Notes under the pieces: generated by a model
The model's database searches: none
The model's input: only the letters and a program-made list of their open reading frames with translations
Told to the model about the DNA's origin: nothing
In this document: in pieces, positions 35,960-47,615 of the stretch
Layout: the number at the start of each line of letters is the position of its first letter
How positions within the stretch are numbered: position 1 is the stretch's first letter
Position numbers and translations under genes: made by a program
DNA from: Camelus dromedarius
Lineage: Eukaryota
Reading direction: 5' to 3'
Length of the DNA: 64,000 nucleotides
Assembly: GCF_036321535.1 (NCBI RefSeq)
Contig: NC_087440.1
Location: 69,130,001 to 69,194,000 of the forward strand

Positions 35960-36420
35960 CTTGCACCTGTGCACCATGATTTACGTGCAAGAATGTTCTT
36001 GGCAGCTTTGTTCCTAACAGACTCAATCTGGAAACAACCCTATTCATCAAGAATAGAATGGAAAAACACATTGTAGTATATTCATATGAGGGAATACAAT
36101 ACAGCTGTGAAAATGAATGACCTACAGCTACATGGCCAGGGACTTGTTTGAATCTCACAAACATAATGTAGAGGGGGAGAATGTTGAAACACAAGAATGT
36201 ATTTTGTAGAAATGTACACATGTAGAATTCAAAGATAGGTGGTAAAATTATAAAGAATAAAGAGGAAATTAATTACATGAATATCAGGATAATAGTAGTC
36301 AATTCTAATGGGGCGGGAGGGGGTCACAATTGCTCAGGGGACACACAGAGTCTTCTCATAATATACTGTTAGTTGCTATACCTTGATCCGGGTATTGGTT
36401 ATGCGGAGAGTTGCTTTGCA
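35960..36420 (+). mobile_element. L1ME-type 3' remnant
   Basis: gcaagaatgttcttggcagctttgttc...ctggaaacaaccc...acaatacagctgtgaaaatgaatgacctacagcta. Confidence 0.7.
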
Positions 36421-36424
36421 GTTA

Positions 36425-36567
36425 CAGTCAGCCCTCCAGTATCCATGGATGTGGAACTACAGAATGGAGGGCCGACTATACTGCATTAGTTTATATAAGC
36501 ATCCGCAGATGTTGGTGTCCATGGGGAGTCCTGAAATTAATCACCTGCAGATACCAAGGGACGACTA
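36425..36567 (-). mobile_element. MER2/Tigger-type composite MITE
   Basis: Ends cagtcagccctcc and gataccaagggacgact; preceded by TA; internal hairpin 36426-36477. Confidence 0.8.
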
Positions 36568-36799
36568 TTTGTTAAACTGTCCAGATATGTTCTATGCATT
36601 TTTATGTATGTATGTTTTATCTCCCTCTTTTGAAAAACTAAAAGGAAGACAGGAAGGGAGAAAGGGAAGGGGGAAGGAAAAGCCAGTCCCACAAACCAGA
36701 CCTCATTTCTTTGTATAGCTAATCCAGACCAGGCTTTAAGATACCTGGATGAGGGGTGATCGGGTTTGAGATAGGTGGAGAAAGGCCCTGTACTTACAT

Positions 36800-37130
36800 C
36801 TGTGGATGTTCAATTATACTAGATACTGCCAAGCAGTTTCCCAAGGTTGAACCAATTTATTCTCTCACCAGCCAAGATTTCCCATTGTTTTGCTTCTTCA
36901 CTATCATTTGACATTTTCAGATTTTTAAATTTTTGCTTCTTTTGTAAGATGTATAAAGGTTTGTTTGTCTGCAGTTCCTTTATTCTAGTAATTAATGAAC
37001 TTAAGCATCTTTTTGTTCTTTGTGAAATGCCTGTTCAAGTCTTTTGCCCATTTTTTTCTATTGGGTTATTTGTCTTTTTCTTATTGTTTGATTGGAGTAT
37101 GTATATTTTGGACATTAGGGCTTTGCTGGT
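36800..37130 (-). mobile_element. L1ME ORF2 remnant
   Basis: tactgccaagcagtttccca...tgtgaaatgcctgttcaagtcttttgcccattttttctattgggttatttgtc. Confidence 0.7.
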
Positions 37131-38619
37131 CGAAAAGATGTATTCCAGGACTTGTTGCCTGTGTTTTTCTAGGTGGGAGGGTCAGAGGCAGCAAACCTGA
37201 ATTCCTTTGTCTACAGCTTGGGTGCCTCAGGGAGTTTGCTCAGCCTTCCCGGGTGGTGGTTGCCTATCTGATGCGGCGTTGAGTTCCTGGCCCCACAACC
37301 AGTGGCCCTGCTGCCCCCTCCAGAGGCAAGCTGCCCAGGAAGCAAGTGAGCCCCCATGAGAAGGACAATGTGAGCCTTGTTTTGAGTTTTCTTCCCTCCT
37401 ACTCTCTTTCTATTAGCACAGAATATGATGTTTTGCTGCTGTCTCAAATGCATAAATTTTTACTTCACACATCAGTGCCAAAAAGAATAAAATAGGAAAG
37501 GACTTAGAAGTCGGCCAATTTCTGAAGCCCTTTGTACTAGCCTGGATTTTACTGTCTGGACAATAGTAAATGCTACCTGAGAACTGTGAGCAAGACTGTG
37601 CCAAGGCAGAGAAAGACACTCATACATTGCCGAGGGCAATGGGTCACATTACCTATGTCAGCATTTGAAGCCAACATAAAGAATGCTTTTAGTGGGCTGA
37701 GAGGTCATTAGCAACCTTCCCTGCAATACCTCCTTGAACTTGAAACTGGCTTCCAGAGGAAGTGAGAGGTACTTGAGTTGTAGATGTACTATTATTCTAT
37801 GCTAATTCTCCCTGAGAGGAGACCTGAGTTTCTAGTGAGGAGGGTGTGGCGGATCCTGAATTTATGGTCATTTTAAATCATTAATTTTCACATGTGACAG
37901 GGACAACATTTTTTGATGTATAATTCATCAGCCCCCTGTCACTCTCCCTGCAACTTTACCTCTTCTCTCACTCAGCCCAAACCCTTGAGGACAAGTTTTG
38001 ATTTCAGTGACCTGGAACCCTCACCTGCTGTAAGCCAGTGCAGCCTGGGGGGAGAGCCCACCTCAGGCTGGGGCCTTTGGAGATCTACTTCTGGGCTGGT
38101 GAACTTGCTGTCTGTTGGACAATGTGGATAATCTTACTTCTTCCTCGACTGACCTCTCCAACACAGATTCAGTAAAGGCTTTGCTAACCTCAGAAATATT
38201 TAGTGAAGGCTTTGTTGCTTTCAAGGCTGTCTGGAGTCAGACTTGTGTTTCTTTTGACCAGGATCGGTGCTAAGGGAGGAAACAGGGGCTCAGATGCATC
38301 TGGGTCATACTCACCTGCTTCTCTATCTGCACCAGCAGATCCTACACACAAAGAACACGTATTCTACTGGTATAGGGAGACAGGATGTAAAATTATTGGA
38401 AGCCTGGGACCCGTGGGTCCCCCTGGACTTCCCCACAGACACAGCCAGCAGCCTGCTCCAGCTCTGAGACTGGCAGCAGCTCTGGTAGTGCCCGTGCTAC
38501 AGCAATGATGAGATGTTGTGAGTACCTCCCCCATACTTAGGTAGATGGGTTTTGAAACCTTAGGTCAGATCTTTACATTGAACATTATCAGATTCAGTCC
38601 ATTTTTCTAATCAATGAGG

Positions 38620-38860
38620 TCTGTTTTACCTTGGATTTTCTCAGAAGCTACCCCTGAGATGAAGATTTGAGTGCAAGTGCTTTATTCGGGAAGCATTCAG
38701 GGAAGCCCCAGTGGGAGCTGGAGGAAGTGTGGGCCCAGCTGGGTTCCTCACCAATGAGGTGAGCCAGGAGGTCAGCAGTGGTGGGAGTGAGCATAGCGGT
38801 ACCCAGAGCTTTAAGCCGGTCTCCAGAGCATCACCGCCCCTGCTCACTTCTGCCTTCCAG
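38620..38860. mobile_element. Old ERVL/MaLR-class LTR fragment
   Basis: cagaagctacccctgagatgaagatttgagtgcaagtgctttattcgggaag; same family as 33640-33905. Confidence 0.5.
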
Positions 38861-39106
38861 ATCTCTCACGATTATTCTCCCACGGCCAAGCGTAATGTGT
38901 ACAACACAGGGAAGGGAGTTCTGGAAAATGTAGGTCCAGCTGAGCTATGTCGACAGGGTACAAAACTCTCTACAATTCTCCCAATGAATGTACAGAGAAT
39001 ACGATTCTCAGTCCACAAAGTACGACTAGCAGAACAGCATTTTCTTTGTTTTCCATATCAATTGAGTTTCTGCCTCTGAGCCCCATTCTGACAGACAGGC
39101 AAAATA

Positions 39107-39230
39107 CAGTCGTCCCTCAGTATCCGAGGGGGATTTGCTCCAGGACACCCGCGGGTACCCAAATCTGTAGATGTTCAAGCCCCTTATATAAAATGGCTAG
39201 TAGAGTCTGCCCTCAGCATCCTTGAGTTAC
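39107..39230 (+). mobile_element. MER2/Tigger-type composite MITE, 3'-truncated
   Basis: TA|cagtcgtccctcagtatccgagggggatttgctccaggacacccgcgggtacccaaatc matches the MER2 5' end. Confidence 0.85.
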
Positions 39231-39894
39231 ACTTAGGTGAAGATTCCACTATCTTTCCCGATTCCAGTCAGTGACTGTTGAGGGTTAACACTGAGACAGA
39301 CATTGTGCCTTTCTCAGGACCCCTTCAGATCTGGTGACACTTGGGACATGGGACTTATTTTCAAGGCTAAGGGCCCCAGTGCCTTTCCTCTCTGGGGCTT
39401 TGCCACCTCCCTGGGGCCCTGCCAGGAAGTCAAGACTGAAGGGAATCTTATGAAAGGCATTCCACTGTAAAACACTTTGAACCTTCTATTCTCCTTCCAC
39501 TTCTACCACAAGCCTACATTCTCCTAGGGGCTTAGTGAATAAGAAACAAAGACTGCTTTCTGCCATGTCATCTACCTTCTCTAAGGCAAAAAAAAAAAAA
39601 AAAAAGCATGAAGTTTCCAGCTCGATGGGAAAGAGAATGTCCGGGGGAAAAAAATTAATCTTTTAAAATACTCTCCAGGCACCTAGGGCTGCTGTGGCTC
39701 TTCCTCTGTATCTGGATGAGGACACTAAGTGGTGACAGCAGCTAGAGCTAGAAGCCAGCATCCCCTTGGGCTGTCACCACCCTCTTTGCCTTGGCCCCTG
39801 CAGGGGGTTGGGGAGGGAGTGGTGTCAGAGTGAGGCCTGAGGTGGATTGATGACCCCTGGACACTCCGAGGGATCGAGAGACATGTGCTGCTGA

Positions 39895-40077
<183 letters not shown>

Positions 40078-42349
40078 TGAAACACACTTACACATGATAA
40101 CCAGCAAAAGCATAGAGATTTTTAAAAATGAATTAAAGGAAAAACTCCATCTCGCTGGATCTCACAAATGTGGCTACCTGGATGCCTGACCTTCACAGGC
40201 CAACCCCTGGGAACCACCAAAGCAGCTGGATTTAAGACAAATCTAGCCTGATTTGTGGGTCTCAGCTAAAGCTGCAGAATTAAAATCAGTGCAGAGAGGC
40301 CTCCAGAAAGGAAAAAAGGATCAAGTTTCAAGTGTTCCAATGATGCTGACATGCAATGAGCTGGACCTTCTGCTGTTCTTTACAGTAAGCGGTGATGCCT
40401 TGTATGCACATATATACGTGGTATGAGGAGGCTGTGTTTGCACCGGCATCTAAGACAGGGACCACAGCACTGGAGCATTGCGTGCACCATGGAGAACAGT
40501 GTCAGATGACTCCATCACCTACTGAAACGTCTATCACTGAAGAGCTACTTAAGTTTCTTCTGGCTGAGCCTTAAAATAGAGAATTGTTAATAATTTACTC
40601 AGAGCAATATAACTTCCAAAACACGAAAATGCTTCCATCTTTAGTCCCATGTTCATCCGTCCACTTTGACTGTATATCTGTCATTCAGCTGTTTCTCCGG
40701 GTGGTGTTCAGCAGTCTGCTGCTTAGCCATCCTTTTCCAAGTAGTTTCTGAAAATAGTGACTTAATTGAATGTTCTCTCTGAGAGTAATTTCATCTTGTT
40801 GCCTCGGATTTGGTTGCATACTGTGTTTTAGACTAGTTGCACTCAAAAGATAACTCTTTCAGTTTATTTTCACTCCTGGTTTTATTATACCACCCCTTCC
40901 CCCCACCCTTCCCCAGGTACACCCTCCACTTCCCACATCTACTTGGCGCTGTGCTGTCAGAACATACTGGAATGCTGGTTCAATGATTTTGTGTTCAAGT
41001 TGATAAAATGGTGAAATCAGCTAAAGGAGGTATGTTTATAACCATGTTTATTAGTGATATCAGAAAAAAAGTGGAGAATGGCTATAGTTGTGAAGAAGTA
41101 ACTGATTAAAAGCCTGAGTTTTTGCTTACTAGTCAGCATCGCCTGGTTCTGGTTAGTTTTCTCCTTGCGAATAATTATGGTATCACTCTGAGCATAAGGA
41201 CACCTAACTGGTAGTGTAAATACAGTCTTTAGCTATTTTTATTTCTCTATAATCTTTATGTCTTTTATGAAACTGTCTCTCATCATGATCAACATGAAGC
41301 AGGTGTCGACTGCATCACCATAGAGTATGGTTCTGATGAGAACACCTGCTGAGCTGTGGATTGGCAGCTCTTAATCCATCAACTCTTACCCACTATTTTT
41401 TTCAGTGGCCAACAAGGCAAGGAGGTGTAGCTGGGAAGTCCTTTCCAGAGTGTCAGAGGGTCCATGCGAGGAGTCTTATAGGATTGGTGGAGCAGCCCCG
41501 GGGGAAATGAGAACTATTTAAAGGCGTGTTTGTGGCTTAATGATGCTGGGCCTCCTCTCCTGGCTTCTCACAAATTGAATATGGAAAAAGAAGGGGAAAA
41601 AGGAAAAAGCAAACAACAGCATTTAAAGTTATTCCTGCAACACATACCTCTTCTCTGAAGGTCTCTCCTCGAAGCAATAATTCAGCCAAACTCTTATTTT
41701 AAGATTCTTGTGTACTGACAGGATCAGAGTGAGGATGTTATTACTACAATAATGCAGGCTTCATTTTTTCCATTACTGAAGGAGAAAACTCTCTGGGGAG
41801 TGAAATTCAACACTCAATTTAACAATAGCACTGCATACTAATTCACAGTGAAATGTGGAACCAATCCAGTTAAGAAAATGCCCAGATAAAAGGAAATGTA
41901 CCATAATAGTATAGTCTTTCAGTTATGGGTCTCATGTTATGAGGATTACAAATTCTGCCCTAAATGTTAATTAAGGTTCTTAATACCTCGTGATAAATAC
42001 AAAGGCAGTCACTTCACAGATGAGAAAATTAAGATGAGCCTTTGTGACTGGTCCAGGGATGCATGAGAAGTCGCAGAGAAGATGCAAATACTGAATTTCT
42101 GGCTTCAGCTCCTGTCCTCAACTGCTTATCTAATGCTTCAGATTCTGACCACAGGAGGTTTGACTGAGACAACTTGAATTGGGAAAAGAGCCTCTAGGCT
42201 CTCTGTTAAATCATAAATACATGTTGCACTTTTTACAGATGTCAAAGACTGTGCTAGCCCCTGGGCTTCTAAAATGAATAAAATAAATTCCCTAGTTTGA
42301 AGAAACTCATCTACTAGTGGGAAAACCATGCAAATGATTGCTCCCTTTC

Positions 42350-42700
42350 TGCTCCCTCCACCTCTACTTCTGGTCTATCTGACCTAAGGTCTTTCCAATT
42401 TCAGTAGAGATAGCCCTTCCTTCAGGTCTTTCCAGACCCTCACCCCACCCCCAGTCAGGAATAAGTTCTCCTCCTATACACTCCCTTAACATCCCGTACT
42501 TCCCCTATTGTAGTCCTGACAACGCGGTATTATATCTGTCTGCTTATTTGTCCTAGTCCTTTCTAGACTAAGCTCGGTGAAGGGAAAGTCCGTGCAGGTA
42601 TTTTTTTTTTTTTTTTTTTTTTACCATGTATAACACAACACCTGCATGGAATGGACAATAAAGAAGTATTTGCTCAATGAATGGATAAATGAAGCATTTA
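42350..42700 (+). mobile_element. L2 3' end
   Basis: ctagactaagctcggtgaagggaaag...aagaagtatttgctcaatgaatggataaatgaa. Confidence 0.6.
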
Positions 42701-43344
42701 TTATCAATCTTACTCCTTTGGTACTTATCAGATACTGCATATACTGTTACTTCCCTGTCTTCCCAACTGGACTGTAAACTCCCATGGGTCAGGAATTCTC
42801 ACTTACTTATAATATAATATACCACTTAACACCTACTCTGGCATTAAGCACACAATGGGCATCCATTCACTTGTTTATTCATTTGACAAGTGGGTAATAG
42901 TGTGTTTACTATGATAAAGGCAAATACGGAGTTTGAGAGGAAGGAGGTTGGAGAGGAAGAAGCTGGGAATGGGTCTGAATGAAACTCCCTAATTACTTAC
43001 TTTTTTTTTTTTTTTTTTTTTTTGTCATGTAGTGGTTGTAAATCTAGCCTTACTCACAGAAAGAAAAAAAAAAACCTTATGTATTACCTGCTTAGTAAAG
43101 GATATTTGTTATATTTCCAGTTGCTAAGGGAGCAAAGAATCACAGTTTAAAAATAGATTTCTTATAAGCATCTAACATGGAGGAGCAAAAAGAAGGGAGC
43201 AGGAGAGAAATAATAGGATCAAATAATCCCAAGGGGCCAGCGTCTCTAGCTAGGGAGGAGCTGCCTCATGTATTGTGTAATATGTGTGGTTTGGCAGAAA
43301 TGACATGGAAGAGTCCTCTTCCCTCTTGTTAAAGGATAATTATT

Positions 43345-43860
43345 TTTAAAAAGCAAAATCATGACTCATACAAATATAAAATTAACATATGTCTAAGATT
43401 TTATTTAACTCATTAATTAATGATGGAACCGGTAAGATATTACAACTGATTCAAAAGATAATCCAAAGAGTAGACACATATATATTTCAGCAATGCTGAC
43501 ATTAATTTGCTTAATAGACACAACATTGGTTTCTTAGGGGAGGGGAAGAGAGATCAATTGCACTCTAGAACAATTTGTGCTTGTATTTTATGGACAAGAA
43601 TCATTCGCACTGCTATCAGTTTCTTGTAACTCAGAGTTGTAAATTAGCTCAAAGATAATGAAGGGTGTAGATATTCTACTAAACTGGGCACCTAGTAATC
43701 TTTCTCACCCACTTGAAAGTCTTTCACAATTTTCCTTGACACTAATAGACCCCTCAACTTGTCCTCCAAATAAAGCTTCACTGTGTGAAGGCTCAGCATT
43801 TCTCTGAAAAGTTTTCAGAAAAATAAAGTGTTTTTAAAGATTAACCACAGAAGGCTAAAA
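43345..43860 (-). mobile_element. ERV1-type LTR (LTR37-like)
   Basis: gtctaagattttatttaactcattaattaatgatggaaccggtaagatattacaac recalled as LTR37 reverse complement; extent uncertain. Confidence 0.45.
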
Positions 43861-43969
43861 TCTCTGTGCTACTCAGATAAAACCATTGAGCGGAATAAAA
43901 ATCTCAGTTCTACATAGATGATTGCGTGCTCAAAAAGCCAACCTGATCTTTTTCTTTGATGTGTAATTC

Positions 43970-44340
43970 TCATGTCCTCCTTAAAATAATATAACTGATA
44001 TTTAACTTTTTTTGTCATCATGAAATATTTTACAAATACAGAAAGTTTATAGACTAATATAGCAAACATCGAGATAGTCACCACTCAGTTTAAGAAATAC
44101 AACTGTGTTTGTCCCCCTTTTCTGATCTCATTTCTCTCCCTCCAGAAATAACCGTTCTCAGTATGGATGGGAGTTTATCATTCCTTTGCAGGTTTTTATG
44201 CTTTTACAACATAAGTTGTAACCATAAACAACATACAGTATTGTTTTGCATGTTTTTAAACTTTATATAAATGGAATCAAACTGCTGTTTCCTTCTGTAA
44301 CTTGTTTTTTCTGTTCAACATTATGTTTCTGAGATTTTAG
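43970..44340 (-). mobile_element. Old L1 3' end (L1MD/ME-like)
   Basis: tcatgaaatattttacaaatacagaaag...aaactttatataaatggaatc...ttcaacattatgtttctgagatt. Confidence 0.7.
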
Positions 44341-45677
44341 ATCTGGTATTATTTTTGTTAAATATAATGGCTTAAACATGAATGCTTTTTTGGGAACAGG
44401 AACAGAAACCAGGTACAATTTTCACCCATTATTCATTATATATAAAAATCCTGGTCATGTAGTCATAGAAACAGTACATGGAAACGATAGAAGTGATCAA
44501 CTGATGGCAGTATTTTAAGGAATTTGGGAAAAAATGTTCTAGGAAAGGTAACTTTATTCACTGCTATTTAAATAAATGGTAGCTTAACTTACTACTATTT
44601 TAAAAACTAACCAAGTTATTTGATCTCAGGTAAATCATATAGCTTTTCTTTCTCTTTTTCTTCCTCTGTACATGAGAGAGTTGAGTTAGATCTGAGTTCC
44701 TCAAATGCTTTTTTTAAGCCCATGCCTCTTTTGAGGCATGAAAAAACCTCAAGTTCTTCTCAAATTACTTGGAACTAAAAAATAAACTAAACAGACTTTC
44801 AGTTTTGGCCAAGTGAGGATACTGGCAAATCCATTCCCTTCAAAACCAACTATAAAGCTGAATAAAGTTAACATAAATAAGCATTTTGAGCTCTGGAAAT
44901 TGACCAAAGGCATACAACAACCTGAGAAGCATTTACGCTTGATGAAGTGCTGACTTCAGGTCAGAACAGGTGTTCTGCCTGGTGCTACTCCTATCCCCTC
45001 CCGGCCACCCCAGCTCATTGTGGAGGTTCTGCCAGGATGGCGGTTCTGCTTTTCTGCTGTGGGTGAAGGGAGATGCTTTATTTGGAGCAGAGGGCGATGC
45101 CCGCACTCAGAGGTATTGTCAGTATCTCCAATGCAGGTGAGCAGGAAGCTTGGCTCCACTAGCCTGAGGTTGCAATTGTGGTTGGAGCAAGCATATTCCT
45201 AGCTGAGGCTGCATACGTGCAGAGTGGACACCAAAGAGGGTCCAAGCTCTTCACATATGCCTGGCTGAGCCTGGGGCTGCATGTATGTACATAAGAGACT
45301 CAGAAAGATTCTTTGGAAAATAAAACCTGGGCCTTCTTGAAAATAGCCTAAATTTTCAATGTATTCCCCTAAACATACACAGATTTATGAACAGAGGAGG
45401 AAAGACTGGTTTAAGATGTTTGAGCATACTTCTGTCCAACCATTGACTAACCATTGTCTAACGATTCAGCCATGGGACACAGGAGTGAGACCTCTAGGAA
45501 GCCAGGTTTAAAAATAAAAACAAGAATATTTTTAAGACAAACAAAAAACATCATTATCATCATCAACAACAAAAAAAATGAGCAAAGGTATCAGTGGCCA
45601 TCAGAATGCATAGGAGACTGGTTTCACAAATGTAGCCCAGGCAATATCTTATAAAAACCTGTAATGAAAAAGAATAC

Positions 45678-45679
<2 letters not shown>

Positions 45680-45721
<42 letters not shown>

Positions 45722-45795
45722 CACTATGCTGTACACCAGAAACTAATACAACATTGTAAATCAACTATACTTCAATTTAAAAAATATAAATAAAG
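45680..45795 (+). repeat. (CA)n microsatellite fused to a short camelid L1 3' tail
   Basis: (AC)n at about 45686-45716 then atcactatgctgtacaccagaaactaatacaacattgtaaatcaactatacttcaat. Confidence 0.85.
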
Positions 45796-45960
45796 ATACG
45801 AGGCTGATAAAAAAAAATGTAGCCCAGGCAAGAAAAAAGCAAGTGAACAAGAATGAAGGAAGGGAGAGAGGAAAGGAGGAAAAAAAGGGAAAAATGGCAG
45901 GAGGAGGAAAGGAAAGAAGAAAAAGAGAAGGGACAAAACAAAGAAACAAAAACAGCAGAA

Positions 45961-46081
45961 ACAGGGGGAGGGTACAGCCCATGCTTAGCATGCAAGAGGT
46001 CCTGGGTTCAATCCTCAGTATCTCCATTTTAAAAAAAAATTAAATAAATAAACCTAATTATTTCCCCTACCCCCAAAAAAC
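45961..46081 (+). mobile_element. Vic-1 SINE with A-box deletion
   Basis: gggggagggtacagc-ccatgcttagcatg lacks tcagtggtagagcg; perfect 16-bp TSD aacaaaaacagcagaa 45945-45960 / 46082-46097. Confidence 0.92.
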
Positions 46082-46363
46082 AACAAAAACAGCAGAATCA
46101 ACAACCTTCAGGGAGGAGAATTTCAAAATCCACATTTGTTACAATATATTATCTAAAATGTTAAATTTTCAACAGAAAATTATGGGACCTGCAAAGGAAT
46201 AGAAAAGTGTAACCTATACGTTGGGGAAAGAAAACCAGTTAATAATAGAAATGGCTTTTCAGTGTCCCAGTAGGTCGAATTTAGCAGACAAAGACTTTAA
46301 AGCAATTTTTATAAATATGTACAAAAAACTACAGAAAACCTTATTTATATATACATCCCTTAA

Positions 46364-46500
46364 TTTTTTTTTTTTTTTTTGGTGGGGGAAGTTAATTAGG
46401 TTTATTTATTTATTCATTCTTGGAGGAGGTACTGGGGACTGAACCCAGAACCTCATGCATGCTAAGCATATGCTCTACCACTTGAGCTATACCCTCCCCC
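46364..46500 (-). mobile_element. Vic-1 SINE
   Basis: T-tail, ttaattaggtttatttattt, gaacccagaacctcatgcatgctaagcat, gagctataccctccccc. Confidence 0.93.
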
Positions 46501-46584
46501 ACTAGAAGACCTGATTTAAAGAGCATAACAAAAATGTATCAACAAACAGAGGTTCTCAATAAGGATACAGAAAATTATATTTAA

Positions 46585-46722
46585 TTTTAGTTTTTTTGTT
46601 TTTCTTGGGGGGAGGTAATTAGATTTATTTACTTATTTATTGTTAATGGAGGTACTGAGGATTGAACCCAGGACCTTGTCAATGCTAGGCATGCACTCTA
46701 CCACTGAACTATACTCTCCCCC
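46585..46722 (-). mobile_element. Vic-1 SINE
   Basis: ggggggaggtaattag...gattgaacccaggacc...ctctaccactgaactatactctccccc. Confidence 0.92.
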
Positions 46723-47615
46723 CAAGAAAAATTTAAAAATAGAGCCAAGTGGAGATTTTGAAACTAAAGAGTACAATAACTGAGAAATTCACTACAGGGG
46801 CTCAACAGCAGACTTTAGGTGGCAGAAATGAACCAGAAGATACATCAACAGAAATGATTCAGTCTGAAAATAGAAAAAAGATTGAAGAAAAATGAACAGA
46901 GCTTTAGAGACCTGTGGGATCACACTGGGACCCTAACATACATGCAATGGTAATTAAAGAAGGAGAGGGGAGAGAAGAGGGGGCAGAAAAAAGTGAAGAA
47001 ATAATGGCTGAAAACTTCTTTGATTTGAAAGACAATCTACACATCCAAGAACTCTACTAAAGGAATATTATGGACAATTTTATGCCAGGAGGTTCCTTCC
47101 AACCTAGGTGACAGGTATTAACATCATAAAGCAAGATGGTTCTTTCTTAGAATAAAAGCCCTTGCAGTCTTGGTTGAATCCAGTTTAAGAAGAAATTCAA
47201 ATGGATTTTTCTTCCTTCTTTAACAAAGATATTAGGGTACACATAGAGCATAGAACATAAATTGAATATACTGACTTTTAATCTTAATGTGATTCTTTTC
47301 TGTTTATTTTTGTGTTGATGTTTTCTTTAAAAGATGATTTAGATAATTTCTATATCTAATATATATACTCTACATCTAATATAGTATTTTGTAGTACAGT
47401 TGGAAGTATTCTGTAGTATACTTTCTCTATTATATCTAGAGGCATTCAATATCCATCTGTCCTTCACTGACGATATTAATTTTGATTACTTGGTCAAGGC
47501 ATTGTCTGATTTTTCTACTGTATAATCACTACTTTTTTTTCTTACTTACACTAATAAGTCTTTGTGGAAACACTTTATGACCATACAAGTATTCTGTTCC
47601 TCAACACAATATTCC

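Larger units (their letters stand above)
44790..47085 (+). mobile_element. Old L1 5' UTR/ORF1 remnant hosting younger insertions
   Basis: gggctcaacagcagac...aaaatgaacagagctttagagacctgtggga...gaaataatggctgaaaacttc are ORF1-like; interrupted by an L1 tail and three Vic-1 SINEs. Confidence 0.75.

Noticed and set aside
40480-40500. REST/RE1-like gcaccatggaga
   Set aside because: Lacks the TCA and CAG positions of both RE1 half-sites.
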